Of a stretch of 64,000 nucleotides of DNA, positions 26,807-38,866 are shown in pieces. Below the pieces are notes generated by a model that saw only the letters and a list, made by a program, of their open reading frames with translations, had not been told where the DNA came from and ran no database searches. A program made the position numbers and the translations under genes. Where the stretch lies: assembly GCA_963796105.1 (NCBI GenBank), contig CAWCKJ010000004.1, positions 288,001 to 352,000 on the forward strand, in the 5' to 3' direction. How positions within the stretch are numbered: position 1 is the first letter of the stretch; each line of letters opens with the position of its first letter. Origin of the DNA: a candidate division FCPU426 bacterium. Lineage in GTDB: Bacteria > Oederibacteriota > Muellerivitia > Muellerivitales > Muellerivitaceae.

Positions 26807-27706
26807 TTAAAGGGGAAGATGTATTTTTTTGATCTTATCCAAATCTTTTTTAATCTGGCGGGCCAACAGGTCGGAAGATTTGAACTTCATTTCAGGCCTG
26901 AGATATTCCAGAAGGGAAATCCTCAATTTTTTTCCGTATATTTTTCTATTGTAATGAAGGATATGAACTTCGGCCTGACGATGGTGATCATCATCTTTAA
27001 ACGTTGGTCTTTTCCCCAGATTCATTCCAGCTTTGTAATACATCCCACTTAATTTTAGCCCGCAGGCGTAAACCCCATCCTTAGGAAGGAATTCGCGAAT
27101 GTGACTGAGGTTGGCTGTTGGAAATCCGATTTTATGACCTAGGTGCTTGCCGTGCACCACTTCTCCTGAAATGTTATAAGTCCACCCCAACATTCGATTA
27201 GCTAAACTTGTTTTACCCTCGGCCAAATATTTCCGAATTCGGCTCGAGGAAACGACTTGCCCCCGGACTCGCACGGCTTTTAGCGCCTTCACCTTAAACC
27301 CGGCCTTTTTACCAAGCTTTTCCAACAATTCCACGTCACCTTGGGCGTTTCGTCCGAACCTGAAATTTTCACCGACGACAATTCCCTTTAATCGCCCAAT
27401 TCTTTGGAGCCGCTGGATAAACTTTTCTGGGCTGAGCCGGGAAAAAGCCGGCGTGAAGGAAAGTACTTGGACTTTCGACAACCCTGAGGTTTTCAGGAGA
27501 CGGTATGCTTTTTGTCTGGAAATCAGAAACGGGATACGGGAGCCGCCCCTCAAGACGTGTAGTGGATGGTCCTGAAAGGTAAAAGCCATGGGTTTGGAGC
27601 GAAGCCTTGAGGCCATCTTGGCCGTCTCACGGAGGAGGGCTTGATGTCCGAGATGTACCCCGTCAAACACCCCTATTGTGGCAACCATGGGTGGTTTCGG
27701 TTTCAA
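26807..27706 (-). CDS. ribF: Riboflavin kinase / FAD synthetase
   Basis: IGVFDGVHLGHQ, VSSSRIR, IGFPTAN, LRPEMKF. Confidence 0.96.
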   Translation of the reverse strand: MKPKPPMVATIGVFDGVHLGHQALLRETAKMASRLRSKPMAFTFQDHPLHVLRGGSRIPFLISRQKAYRLLKTSGLSKVQVLSFTPAFSRLSPEKFIQRLQRIGRLKGIVVGENFRFGRNAQGDVELLEKLGKKAGFKVKALKAVRVRGQVVSSSRIRKYLAEGKTSLANRMLGWTYNISGEVVHGKHLGHKIGFPTANLSHIREFLPKDGVYACGLKLSGMYYKAGMNLGKRPTFKDDDHHRQAEVHILHYNRKIYGKKLRISLLEYLRPEMKFKSSDLLARQIKKDLDKIKKIHLPL

Positions 27707-28596
27707 GGAATTCCCTCCTCTCCAAAAACCTTCCTGGGTTTTAAATGATCCTCATTCTGGGCTTCACCGATGGCGCAAAGCATGCCACGTCTATTCAAAA
27801 TTCTATAGGTCCCTGGAGGGCATGGAACAGAATAAGAAATTCCTTGGCAGAATTTCACAAGATCCTTTCCATTCAAAATCATTTCCGGAAGATCCTTGAC
27901 CAGCAAACTCGGGGGAAGCATCACCTCAAGGATTCCGCCGGCCGCCTCTTTTTTAATAACATCCTCCGGAGTCAACGCATTTTCCAGCATCAAAGTCCCG
28001 ACCCGGGTTCTTTTAAGGTTTTCCATGCACCCTCCCACACCCAGCGTCTCTCCCAGGCTGTGGCAAAAAACCCGTATGTAGGTACCGGCTGAACAGGCGA
28101 CACGGAAGGTAACCCTTGGGATTTCAACTTGTAGGACTTCCAGGTTTTCAATCCGAATGGGCCTGGCTTCACGTTTTACCACAATCCCTTTTCTGGCTAA
28201 TTCATAAAGCTTATGGCCGTTTTTTTTCACGGCGGAAACCATGGGCGGAACCTGATGAGTGATGAATCGAAGCCGATGAGTTTGCTCCCGCACATCGCTC
28301 TCGGAAAGATTCTCTGTTGGCTTTTCTTGGAGGGTTTTCCCGAATATGTCGCAGCTGTCGGTGGTTTTGCCCAGAAGACAGGTTGCCACATATTCTTTGT
28401 CAAAGGAGGCAAATTCGACCAGCCGGGTGGCGGCTCCAATGGCCAAAGGGAGGACCCCGGTTGCCATGGGATCCAGTGTACCCATGTGCCCCATTTGGGG
28501 TTCCTTCAATACCCGGCGCGCGAATGACACCATATCGTGGGAGGTGCAGGACGTTGGTTTGTTTAGGTTTAAAATTCCATTCATGTCAAAAACCAT
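27703..28596 (-). CDS. truB: tRNA pseudouridine-55 synthase
   Basis: GHMGTLDPMATGVL, CSAGTYIR. Confidence 0.96.
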   Translation of the reverse strand: MVFDMNGILNLNKPTSCTSHDMVSFARRVLKEPQMGHMGTLDPMATGVLPLAIGAATRLVEFASFDKEYVATCLLGKTTDSCDIFGKTLQEKPTENLSESDVREQTHRLRFITHQVPPMVSAVKKNGHKLYELARKGIVVKREARPIRIENLEVLQVEIPRVTFRVACSAGTYIRVFCHSLGETLGVGGCMENLKRTRVGTLMLENALTPEDVIKKEAAGGILEVMLPPSLLVKDLPEMILNGKDLVKFCQGISYSVPCPPGTYRILNRRGMLCAIGEAQNEDHLKPRKVFGEEGIP

Positions 28597-28605
28597 CTTC
28601 CCCTA

Positions 28606-29622
28606 TCAGCTTGTCTTCAAAACCGATAGGCACGTCCCAAGGACCTGCTTGAAAACCTTTGACAATGGCCCGGATAGTAAAGCTCCCGCCGCGTAACTGT
28701 GGCCGCCCCCGCCAAATTCCTTAGCGATGACCGCAACATTCACCCCGGTTCCGGACTTTAGGGACAGTTTAACCTGGCCGTCTCGCTGTTCATGAAGGAA
28801 AAAAGCGACCTCTACGCCATGGAGGATCCGAAGAAAGTTTATCAGATTTTCCGTTTCGTCTTTGAAGGCGCCAGATCTTTTAAATTCCTCTTTAGACAAA
28901 GTCATGGAAGCAAGCCTGCCGCCCAGGTGGATTTTTACATTTTTAAAGGATATGCGGATGAGTTCCAAGGCTTCCCGGCTGTAATCGGCGAATATCTTAT
29001 CATTGATTTTCTGCGGCTCGGCGCCGGACTCTACCAACCGCGCGACTAACCTCAGGAGTTGGGGACTAGTGTTGGAATAACGGAATCCCCCCGTATCGGT
29101 CGCGATAGAAGTGTAAAGGCTCTCGGCAATGCCGCGATCAATGGGAACGCCCAACGCTCGGATCAACCGGAACACGATTTCACCCGTAGCCGAGACCTTT
29201 GGAAAAACCAGGTTGTAATCGCCGAAATAACTGTTGAAATAATGGTGGTCAATGTTGACGAGGATCCCAAATTCATTTCGATTGATTCCGGCTCGGATTC
29301 TAGATAAATCACCCGCGTCCAAAGTGAAACACACCTCATGGGGCGCAAAATGGTCGGCGGTTCGGTATCCTTTACGGAAATCAAGGTATTCAAACCGCCG
29401 GGGAACCTTGTCATGGTTGACGGCTGTCACCTTTTTCCCCATTTTTTCCAATGCCTGCAATAGAGCCGACTGGGATCCCAAGCCATCCCCGTCCGGGTTG
29501 AGATGCGTGGTGATGATAAAAGATTTATGGGATTTGATGAGGCGGGCAATCTTGCCGAATGAATCGGGTTTTCGATTCTTCGGGCCCCCGGGGATAGAAT
29601 GGCTTACGCGGCTAAAGCTCAT
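28606..29622 (-). CDS. nrnA: DHH-family oligoribonuclease / pAp phosphatase
   Basis: HLNPDGD, NIDHH, TDTGGF, GGGGH. Confidence 0.92.
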   Translation of the reverse strand: MSFSRVSHSIPGGPKNRKPDSFGKIARLIKSHKSFIITTHLNPDGDGLGSQSALLQALEKMGKKVTAVNHDKVPRRFEYLDFRKGYRTADHFAPHEVCFTLDAGDLSRIRAGINRNEFGILVNIDHHYFNSYFGDYNLVFPKVSATGEIVFRLIRALGVPIDRGIAESLYTSIATDTGGFRYSNTSPQLLRLVARLVESGAEPQKINDKIFADYSREALELIRISFKNVKIHLGGRLASMTLSKEEFKRSGAFKDETENLINFLRILHGVEVAFFLHEQRDGQVKLSLKSGTGVNVAVIAKEFGGGGHSYAAGALLSGPLSKVFKQVLGTCLSVLKTS

Positions 29623-29977
29623 TGTTCGGCTTTTCCTTTGGCTTCAAGCCATCCAGGATTCCCTTGATTTTGAAAGCATGGTCCAGGGACTCGTCTAGGA
29701 AGAAAAGGATTTCGGGGACATATCTCAATTCCAGGCGGTGCCCAATCTCGCCCCGCAGGAAACCCTTAGCCCGATCCAGCCCAGCCATGGTTTCCTTCCT
29801 ATCTTTTTCAGTCCCCAGGACGGAAACGTAGATTTTCGCGTTCCGAAGGTCATCCGAAACTTCCACACCAGTCACGGTCACGAAATGAATTCCCGGATCC
29901 TTGACTTCCTGGGTCAGCATCAAACTGATTTCCCGTTTGATGGCTTCCGATACCCGCTCCGCCCTTTTAAAACTCAT
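29612..29977 (-). CDS. rbfA: Ribosome-binding factor A
   Basis: VTVTGVEVSDDLRNAKIYVS, LRYVPEI.F..D.S. Confidence 0.96.
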   Translation of the reverse strand: MSFKRAERVSEAIKREISLMLTQEVKDPGIHFVTVTGVEVSDDLRNAKIYVSVLGTEKDRKETMAGLDRAKGFLRGEIGHRLELRYVPEILFFLDESLDHAFKIKGILDGLKPKEKPNNEL

Positions 29978-30025
29978 GACTGCACCTGTCATTTCCCATA
30001 TTTCAAATCCTTCCAGGTTTGAAGG

Positions 30026-30308
30026 CTAAAGGAATTTAGTTTGAAAACCCAAAACTTGCAAATCCCCCTCGCGCTCCAACAGGTCCAATATTTTGGAAAG
30101 CGCGGAATCGGCGTGTTTCCGATCTTTATTGAGGGTGACAATCCCGACGACGGATCTTTGCCAAATATCCTCGTATTCCACTTCCAATACGCTGACATTG
30201 AAATGTTTCCGCAAACGGTCTATCAGGCTTTTCAGGATAAACCGTTTGGATTTAAGTGAACCATTTTCGGGAAAATGCAGATCAACTCACAAAAGACCAA
30301 TAACCCAA
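30026..30308 (-). pseudogene. ylxP: DUF503 (YlxP) protein with a lesion near the 5' end
   Basis: SLKSKR...LR.HFNVSV.EV...D.WQR; in-frame TGA at 30287-30289; between infB and rbfA. Confidence 0.75.
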
Positions 30309-30389
30309 AAACCCTCTTAGATTATAATTCCAGGAAATATTCAATTTGCCCAATGAAAGGCAAAATAATATTTCTTATAAAAATCCCCG

Positions 30390-32678
30390 TTAGTTTAGTT
30401 TTTGCGCGACCGATTCTGTGATGTAGGCTTCCACTTGGTCCCCAACCTGGAAATCCTCAAAAGTCTCCAGAACAATACCGCAATCAAACCCATTTCCAAC
30501 TTCTTTTACATCGTCCTTGAAACGCTTGAGCGAGGAAATAGACCCCTCGTGGACCAACTCCTCCCCTCGGAGGATTTTAATTTTGGCTTTATTGGTGATT
30601 TTCCCGGAAAGAACCATGCAACCGGCGACAACTCCTTTGGAAGTTTTGAAAAGCTGCCTGATTTCAGCTTTTCCGATGGAAACTTGGCGGAGTGTCGGCT
30701 CCAGAAGGCCTTCCATGGCCTTTCGAACGTCCTCCACGGCGTCATAAATTATCCGGTAAACCCGGACATCCACGTCCTCTTTTTCGGCGGTGCCTTTTGC
30801 AGTCGGGTCCGCCTGGACATTAAAACCTACTACGATGGCATTGGAAGCGGATGCAAGTAAAATATCCGAGTTGACGATTTTTCCGGTCCCGCTGTGAATG
30901 ACTCGAAGGGAAACTTTCTCCGTGGAGAGTTTTTCAAGGGAGGCGGTCAAGGCTTCGACGGATCCTTGAACGTCGGCCTTGACGATGACTTTGAGCTCCT
31001 TGATCTGTCCCTCTTTAATCTGCTCAAAAAGGTTGTCGAGCGTGATGTGTTTCATGGCCCCCACCAGCCTGTTGTCCTTTAAAGCTTCCGCGCGCCGTGT
31101 GGAAATTTCCCTGGCAACCTTCGGATCGGTCATAACGTAAAACATGTCGCCGGCCTGAGGCACGTCGGAAAGGCCCAAAACCTCAACCGGCATCGTCGGT
31201 CCCGCGCTCTTGATCGTTTTTCCTAAATCATCCTGCATGGCTTTCACACGGCCATAGGTGCTTCCAGCCAAAAGGTTGTCGCCGATTTTAAGGGTTCCCT
31301 TTTCAACCAACAGAGTCGCCACAGGCCCGCGGTCCTTGTCCAACCGGGCTTCCAGGACGACGCCTTTTCCCGGTCGCCGGGGGTTGGCCTTAAGCTCAAG
31401 TATTTCCGCTTGCAAAAGAATCATGTCCAGGAGCTTCTCGAGATTCATGCGTTTTTTCGCGGAAACTTCCACGTAAATGTTCGTCCCGCCCCATTCCTCA
31501 GGCACGAGCCCCCGCTCCGCCAGCTGGGTCTTGACACGGTCAGGATTGGCTTCCGGTTTATCGATTTTATTAATGGCCACTAAAATGGGAACTTTCGCTT
31601 CCTTGGCGTGGTCAATGGCTTCTAATGTCTGCGGCATGACGCCATCGTCAGCGGCCACGACCAGTACCACGATGTCGGTGGCTTTGGCCCCGCGAGCCCT
31701 CATAAGCGTAAAAGCTTCATGGCCTGGAGTGTCCAAGAAAGTAATATTTCCTTTCTCGTGTTTAACTTGGTATGCGCCGATATGCTGGGTAATGCCCCCG
31801 GCCTCCCCCTCAGCCACTTTCGTTTTACGGATGGCGTCCAAGAGAAGAGTTTTCCCATGATCCACGTGTCCCATGATAGTCACCACCGGGGAACGAGGCG
31901 CCAGATCCTTGGGGTCATCCGGCTCATCCCGGAACATTTCCGCCCCGTAAAGGGGCACCACCTCAACGACGGCGTCGTGCGCGGAGGAAAGGGTTTCAGC
32001 CACCGTTATATCCAGTCGCTGGTTGATGGTCGCCAGGATTTTCAGGTCCATAAGCTCCTTGATGAGCACCCCGGCTTTGACATTTAGTTTTTGAGCAAGT
32101 TCGGATACGGTAATCCCTTCAGTGATTTTGATTTTCGTGATAACTTTCGGTTCTACCGCCTCTCCGGTATCGGATGAACCTTCCGTTTTGGATTTCTCCT
32201 CGGGAATTTCCTCCTTGGAAACGGCCGCCGAGATGCTTTTGGGCCTGCCCGCGGCAAGACCATGCCCCTTCGGAAGTGGTTTAGGACCAGAACTTTTTCT
32301 CGAGGCGGGAGAAGGCTTATGGGCCCCCGCTTTGGCCTGGCCGGCTTTCAAGGTTGGATAGGTGGCCGTTGGGGACGTAAGGGTGGAACCGGTTTTCGTT
32401 TGAGACTTGGAAAGTGTTCCCGCGCTTGTCGTGGGAGCCGCCGACGGTTGATTTTTTCCCAAAGTCGGCTTTGTCGAAGAGGACGTAGGTGGAGCTGGCG
32501 GGTTTGAGGCGGTCCGTAAATCGGCCATACCCAAATCACGTCGAATTTCAGACTGGATTTTTTCATCCACCACAGTTAATTGGCTGGGAATTGAAAAACC
32601 TGATTTCTTGCAGCGTTCCAGGACTTCCTTGCTGGAAAGGCCCAATTCCTTGGCAAATTCAAAAAGTCTTTTTCCCAT
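30390..32678 (-). CDS. infB: Translation initiation factor IF-2
   Basis: [20 protein letters not shown]. Confidence 0.98.
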   Translation of the reverse strand: MGKRLFEFAKELGLSSKEVLERCKKSGFSIPSQLTVVDEKIQSEIRRDLGMADLRTASNPPAPPTSSSTKPTLGKNQPSAAPTTSAGTLSKSQTKTGSTLTSPTATYPTLKAGQAKAGAHKPSPASRKSSGPKPLPKGHGLAAGRPKSISAAVSKEEIPEEKSKTEGSSDTGEAVEPKVITKIKITEGITVSELAQKLNVKAGVLIKELMDLKILATINQRLDITVAETLSSAHDAVVEVVPLYGAEMFRDEPDDPKDLAPRSPVVTIMGHVDHGKTLLLDAIRKTKVAEGEAGGITQHIGAYQVKHEKGNITFLDTPGHEAFTLMRARGAKATDIVVLVVAADDGVMPQTLEAIDHAKEAKVPILVAINKIDKPEANPDRVKTQLAERGLVPEEWGGTNIYVEVSAKKRMNLEKLLDMILLQAEILELKANPRRPGKGVVLEARLDKDRGPVATLLVEKGTLKIGDNLLAGSTYGRVKAMQDDLGKTIKSAGPTMPVEVLGLSDVPQAGDMFYVMTDPKVAREISTRRAEALKDNRLVGAMKHITLDNLFEQIKEGQIKELKVIVKADVQGSVEALTASLEKLSTEKVSLRVIHSGTGKIVNSDILLASASNAIVVGFNVQADPTAKGTAEKEDVDVRVYRIIYDAVEDVRKAMEGLLEPTLRQVSIGKAEIRQLFKTSKGVVAGCMVLSGKITNKAKIKILRGEELVHEGSISSLKRFKDDVKEVGNGFDCGIVLETFEDFQVGDQVEAYITESVAQKLN

Positions 32679-32690
32679 AGGGGTTTATAC

Positions 32691-34010
32691 TCACTCCTGG
32701 TCTGTATTAGGTTTGTGGTTCTCGGAAACATCTGGGGAAGGAGGTATCATTGGCAAACCATCCGGATCATGTGAAAGGGTTGGAATCAAGGGAGGCTCCT
32801 CAGCCTTGACGGAACCCTCATCTATCTCATCCGGCGGGGCGTCTTTCTTTTCGTCTTCTGTCAATGCGGTCGCGGCCTCAGCTGAAGGAACATCCACTTT
32901 GGCCACGGAAATGGCCTCAGCTGTTTCCCGGGACACTTCCTGAAAATGAGCATCCATCCGCGCCCTTTCCTCCTGGGCGTATTGTTCCTCGTTTTTAATG
33001 TCGATTTTGATGCCGGTCAGACGGGCCGCCAGCCTGGCATTCTGTCCCTTTTTGCCTATGGCCAGGGATAACTGATCGTTTGGAACGATGACTTCAGCGG
33101 AAGGTATTTCCGGGTGAAACACGATTCTGGCTATTTTCGCCGGGGACAAGGCGTTGGAAAGGTAAGCGTGCGGTTCAGCGTCCCAACGAACGATATCCAC
33201 TTTCTCCCCCCGGATCTCATCCACGATGTTTTGAACACGTATGCCTTTGACGCCGACGCAGGCGCCGACCGCGTCAATTCGGTCGTCATTCACCACCCGA
33301 ACCGAAATCTTGGTGCGGGCGCCGGCCTCGCGGGCCACGCTCTCAATCTTGACGGCGCCTTCATAAATCTCAGGAACCTCTAACTCGAATAATTTCCGGA
33401 CTAAATTGGGATGGGCCCTGCTGACGATAATGGAAGGCCCCTTCACCGTCTTTCGGACCTCCAGTACCAGGAACTTCATCCTTTCTCCCGTGGAATAACG
33501 CTCCCGGGGAACCTGTTCCTTGGCTGGGATCAAGGCCTCGGCGTCTCCGAAAGAAATAATGACGTTTCGGCCCTCATAACGCAAAACGCTCCCGGTGATC
33601 AGCTCTCCCTCTTTGTCCTTAAACTGATCGTAAACACTCTGGCGTTCCGCATCCTGAACCCGCTGAACAATGACTTGCTTGGCGGTTTGGGCCGCGATTC
33701 GGCCGAATTGATCCGACGGAATCCTGATCTTGACCACCTCGTCCAATTGGGCATCGCTTTTTATTTTTCGAGCCTCCTCCAGGGTAATCTGGATGCCCGG
33801 ATCCTCCACTTTTTGCACCACCTCCTTGAGGTAATAGGCGATAAACTCATAATTGGTTTCGTCGAACTCGACCTCAACTTCCTGGCCAATGCCGAATATC
33901 TTTTTCGCCGCGGAAGACAAAGCAGCCTGTATGGCTTCGACAAGTTTTTTTTTGTCAATGCGCTTGGTATGCTCTATCTGGCTCATCACCAAGGCCAATT
34001 CGTTGCTCAT
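32691..34010 (-). CDS. nusA: Transcription factor NusA
   Basis: FGRIAAQTAKQVI, AREAGARTK, LAIGKKGQNARLAA. Confidence 0.98.
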   Translation of the reverse strand: MSNELALVMSQIEHTKRIDKKKLVEAIQAALSSAAKKIFGIGQEVEVEFDETNYEFIAYYLKEVVQKVEDPGIQITLEEARKIKSDAQLDEVVKIRIPSDQFGRIAAQTAKQVIVQRVQDAERQSVYDQFKDKEGELITGSVLRYEGRNVIISFGDAEALIPAKEQVPRERYSTGERMKFLVLEVRKTVKGPSIIVSRAHPNLVRKLFELEVPEIYEGAVKIESVAREAGARTKISVRVVNDDRIDAVGACVGVKGIRVQNIVDEIRGEKVDIVRWDAEPHAYLSNALSPAKIARIVFHPEIPSAEVIVPNDQLSLAIGKKGQNARLAARLTGIKIDIKNEEQYAQEERARMDAHFQEVSRETAEAISVAKVDVPSAEAATALTEDEKKDAPPDEIDEGSVKAEEPPLIPTLSHDPDGLPMIPPSPDVSENHKPNTDQE

Positions 34011-34037
34011 GACGCCAATCCCTTCAATTCGTTCGAT

Positions 34038-34511
34038 TCAAAGCTCAACGACTAAATGGGCGGTTTTTACCGTTTCAAACGGCAGGCAAAGGGCCCTTTC
34101 CTTTCCTAATAAAAGGTCTACTTTCCCCTCCCGCGCCCCGTTCAACCGGCCTTGAAAAGCCACCAAACCTTCCCAGGGCTCCTTGAGAATAAACTGAGCC
34201 AACCGCCCCTTAAAACGCTCGCAATCGCTCAAATCCCGCAAGGGCCGGTCCATTCCAGGGGATGAGACCTCCAGAAGATATGGGGTCTGGATTAATTCCA
34301 TTTCATCCAGCCTTTTTTCCATCTCCCTGCTGACGATTTCGCAATCGCCCACTGAAATCTCGCCGGCTTTCTTGTCAATCGCCAAACTGAGGACCAACTT
34401 TGATCCTTGGGGACGGACTCGAAAATCAAAAAGTTTTAAAAAGTTCTCTTTAACAATCTCCTCGGCAATAGCCTTGAGTTGGGCCCGTCCAGTTTCATCC
34501 AAAAAACTCAT
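34038..34511 (-). CDS. rimP: Ribosome maturation factor RimP
   Basis: DCEIVSR, YLLEVSSPGMDRPL. Confidence 0.95.
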   Translation of the reverse strand: MSFLDETGRAQLKAIAEEIVKENFLKLFDFRVRPQGSKLVLSLAIDKKAGEISVGDCEIVSREMEKRLDEMELIQTPYLLEVSSPGMDRPLRDLSDCERFKGRLAQFILKEPWEGLVAFQGRLNGAREGKVDLLLGKERALCLPFETVKTAHLVVEL

Positions 34512-34654
34512 GCCGTTTCCATCCCTATAAACGACAAACGGCCTTGCGGCCGTTCTGAAAGAATATCAAGATAATCAGAAAACCATTCCCAAACGAAGCA
34601 TTGCCCCGTAATGGAAATACCCCTGTCACATTCCTAACAAATACCCTTTTGGTG

Positions 34655-34690
34655 AAAAAAAAAGCGGGCCATGAAAGGGACCCACTTTTC
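34655..34690 (-). promoter_or_regulatory. rimP-leader-like attenuator hairpin
   Basis: AAAAGTGGG...CCCGCTTTTTTTTT upstream of rimP-nusA. Confidence 0.65.
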
Positions 34691-34970
34691 GGGACAACCT
34701 TAATTTACTTATATGTTTTAGCAAAAACATATGTCCCTGGCAAGGGGAAAGGCGAAAAGTAAGATATTTGCGGACTTCGCTCGCTCTAATTGCTGAGTTT
34801 CAACTCAACCCGCCTTGAATTTGCCATATTCTTAAGCGAATTTTTGAATTTTCCCAGCTTTCTTTTCGCGTTTAAACCTGAAAATTCCACCCAGCCTCAT
34901 TAACTGTTTAAAATGATCCTCGATAGATAAAAGTAAACCCCGCTCAGCCCCTCTCCCGCTTAAATTGAAT

Positions 34971-37900
34971 TCAAAAGAGCAGAACTTGCTTGGTATCTGG
35001 AACTCCTTTTAGGCATCCATGGGTCTTGAGGATTTCAACCACGTTTTTGTTGACCCCGCACTGTTGCTGAAGTTCTTCCACGGAGCTGAAAACACCTTTT
35101 TCCCTTTCCGCGACGATGGCTTCTGCGGCTGTCTCGCCCAAACCAGGCAGGCAGATCAAAGGGGGGCGCAACATTTTCACTCCAGCCCCCTCCTCAATTT
35201 GAAAGGTACGGCTTGTGGACTTGTAAAGATCCACTGGCAGGAAATGAAAGCCCCGGGCATAAGTTTCTTCCGCTACCTCCAGCACGGAGGCCTCGTCCAA
35301 TTCTTTAGCGGTTGGCTTTTCAATGGACTTGATATGCTTGATGCGGTCCTTAACCCGGCCGAGACCGTCACAGGCGACGGTGGCATCGAATCCGAAGCTT
35401 TTGTTGGTGAAATAGTCCGCGTAAAACGCCAATGGATGGTGTACCTTGAACCAGGCGATCTTGAAACTCATGATGCAATAAGCCACCGCATGGGCCTTGG
35501 GGAAGATATATTTAATCTTTCTGCAGCTTTCCACGTACCAGGATGGTGTTTTAGCATCCGCCATGGCTTTTTCGAAATCAGCCGTCAGGCCTTTCCCCTT
35601 CCTTACTGATTCCATAATCTTGAAGGCCAGGGCCTCGTTCATTTTGCGGGCTCTCAGATCGTTCATCATGTCGTCCCTGGTGGAAATTACCGTCGCAAGA
35701 ACTGCAGTGCCTTTCTTGATGAGGTCCTGGGCGTTTCCCAACCATACATTCGTGCCGTGAGCCAAGCCGGAAAGTCTCACCAAGTCCTCGAATTTGGTGG
35801 GCCGGGTATCCCGTAGCATGTCCATGGCGAAAGATGTCCCAAATTCAGGCACCCCCAAAGTGCCCAAGTCTTTTTCGATTTTTTCTTTGATCGCCAGCGC
35901 CTGAATTCCCGAAAAAAGGCTCATGGTCTTGGCGTCATTCAGCGGAATGCTCGTGGGGGAAACTCCCGTCATGTTCTCGAGCCGCCTAAGGCTGGTGGGA
36001 TTGTCATGGCCCAAGATATCAAGCTTGACGAGACAGTCGTGCATGCTGTCATAATCGAAATGCGTGGTGATGATCTCCCCGTCTTTGTTGTCCGCTGGAT
36101 ATTGGACAGGACAGACGTCTGAGATTTCCATCTCCTTGGGCAGGATGACGATGCCCCCAGGATGCTGACCCGTTGTTTTGGATACCCCGGAACACCCCTT
36201 GACGAGACGGTTGAGCTCGGCGTTTCGAGCCTGGCGGCCCAATTGCTCCATGTATTTTTTCACGAAACCGAAAGCGATCTTGTCCTTCACGGCCGAAATG
36301 GTTCCAGCTCGGAAACAATAAGCTTTTCCAAAAAGTTCCTCAACATATTTATGGGCCACATGCTGGTATTCACCGGAAAAATTGAGATCAATGTCCGGCA
36401 TTTTATCCCCATGGAAACCCATGAAAACCTCAAAGGCGATGGAAAAACCATCCCGCAACAGGGGTTTCGAGCAGGAAGGACAGTTTTTCCCGGGTAGATC
36501 CACCCCCGCGGAGGAGTTGGGTTTATCCGGGAATTCGTGAAAGTGCCCCGCCGCGCAACGCCAATGCGGAGGCAGCGGGTTCACCTCCGTGATACCGCTG
36601 AGGAAAGCCACGAGAGAGCTTCCCACCGATCCCCGGCTCCCCACCACATAACCGTCAGCAATGGATTTTTTTACGAGTTTCATGGCGATGATGTAAAGGG
36701 TCGAGAACTTATTGTCGATGATGGCATTGAGCTCTTTTTGGAGGCGCTTCTCAATAAATTCGGGAAGCGGATCGCCGTAAAGGCGATGAGCCTCATGCGT
36801 GGCCGTTTCCCTTAAGAGATCATCCGCTCCTTCCAAATGCGGGGAGAGTGTCTGGGTTGGAAGCGGTTCCACATCCTCCACCATCTCCGCCACTTTGCGG
36901 GGATTGGTAACCACTAATTCATGGGCTATGTCCTCCCCAAAATAGTTAAAATCCTGTTTAAGCTCCTGTGTCGTCTTGAAATAAAGGGGCGCCTGGCGCT
37001 CCACCCCGTAACCCATTCCCGCATGAAGGATTTTTCGATAGACATCATCGCGTGGATTGAGGAAATGGGAATCGCCGGTGGCCAAAACTAGCTTGTTAAG
37101 TTTCTTTCCAATCTCATAAAGAGCTCGGGTTAAATTCTGGAGTTCGTCCATGCTTTTGACCATTCCCTCTTGAATCATGAACTCATTATTGGCACAAGGC
37201 TGTATTTCGATATAGTCATAAAAGCCAGCCACCTGCTCCAGGGGCTTGTCCTTGCGCAGCAAATGCTGCCAAACCTCCCCCTGCTCGCAGGCCGAACCCA
37301 GGATCAGCCCCTCCCGGTGCTCCTCAAGGAGGGCCCGGGGAATCAGGGGCCTCTTATAAAAATATTTGAGATGGCTCTCCGTTACGAGTTGGTAGAGGTT
37401 TTTTAAGCCCTTTTTGTTTTTGACGAGCAAAATAATATGGTAGATAGGCAGATTCTTTTCCCTCTTGAACTCATCGACAAGGTATCCTTCCATCCCAAGA
37501 ATCAATTTTATCCCGTTTTTCTTCGCCACCGCCCGCGCCTCAGGGTAGGCTTGAACCACCCCATGATCCGTGAGAGCGATAGCGGGATGCCCCCACCGGG
37601 CGGCGGTTTCAATCAACCGGTCGATTTTGGAAAGTCCATCCATCCGGCTCATTTGGGTGTGGCAATGAAGTTCCACGCGCTTCTCGGGAGCCTCATCCAT
37701 GCGGGTCTCGGGGGGACGATTTTCATGATATCTCTCGCGTTGAGAACCATTTCATTGGGGTCCCGGCTGTCGAAGCGCAGGTCGCCGCGCACCTTGATCC
37801 AATCACCTTCCTTGATCCCGCCCTTGAATTTTCCGTCATTCTCAAAAAGGAATATTGCATCCAGGGAATCCGTGTAATCAGTAATGGTCATCTTGGCTAG

Positions 37901-38632
37901 TTGGCGTCCACTTTTTGTTTGAAAGACGTTGAATAGGATGACCTCCCCCTGTCCCACGAAACCCTTTTGCTCATCCGTCACTGTGAGGGATTGGGCCGCC
38001 TCCGAAATCTTTCTTCCGTAAAGGATGGTTTCAACTGGGGTTTTGGGAATGGAAATAACAGGGTGGGTCTCAACGGGCTGAGGTTTGTCCGGAATGATGG
38101 ATGGATTGACCTGAAGATTCACATTCAATTCGACCCCGCAGCGTTTTTTGAGGATTTCTCTCAAAACCCTGACGCATTCTTTTCTTTCCAATTGCTGGCG
38201 GGCAGCTTCATTGGGAACCTGGAATGAAAGATTCTTATCCCTCAACTCGACCCGGTAGTAAGAAAACCAGCTTTCGGAGATATCGGCCTCCTCGGAAAGG
38301 CAAAAGATTAAATCCTTTTCGTGGGCTGCCAGATAGTCCGCCGGAGCGATCACCGACTCGGCATAGTGGACATCCAAGACGATCCGGCCGACATTCGGAA
38401 GACACTCCCTCAGGAATCGGGAGACATTAGCGTAAGTTTCAACCGGTACCTGGGAGAGCATTTTCAACTTCATGACCACAAGCGTTCGCTCGGGATACAC
38501 CTGGACCCCTAACAGTTCCGATTGAAGGAACCTTTCCTTCTCGAAACATTGGAGGGGCATTTGCTGGACAAAGTCATAAAAAGGGTTAGAGGCGGGTTCT
38601 GGTGCCGCTGCCGGGGAACCTTCTAGCGTCAT
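34971..38632 (-). CDS. polC: DNA polymerase III PolC (~1220 aa once one indel at G6 37710-37715 is corrected); no exonuclease insertion
   Basis: PolC N-terminal and OB domains; RVELHCHTQMS, SRGSVGSS, PDIDLNFSG, KLDILGHD, FPKAHA; adding one base gives VPPETRMDEAPEKRVELH. Confidence 0.93.
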
Positions 38633-38866
38633 TCTGCCTCCAGCAACGGTTTATAGGGATTTGAAAGGGGTTGGGGACTGCTTTTTCGAACTATACAACC
38701 ATTGGAATGTTTGTCAAGAATTTTTAAAATCCAAAATATGTCTGGATCCATCACCCGCGATTTTTCACAGGCTCGTCCATAACTAGAAATTGCGGAATCA
38801 TTCCACGTCGGCAATCCGAATTTTCAACGCCAAGTTTTTGAGCGTTTAAAATTTTGAAACACAAAA

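Noticed and set aside
8533..30289. In-frame TGA codons in the recombinase and ylxP suggesting recoding (Sec or an alternative genetic code)
   Set aside because: TGA ends many intact genes in this window; no SECIS-like hairpin; indels explain both cases
37649..37715. Programmed frameshift or naturally split polC
   Set aside because: A single missing base in a G run with no slippery heptamer; a similar lesion occurs elsewhere in the window
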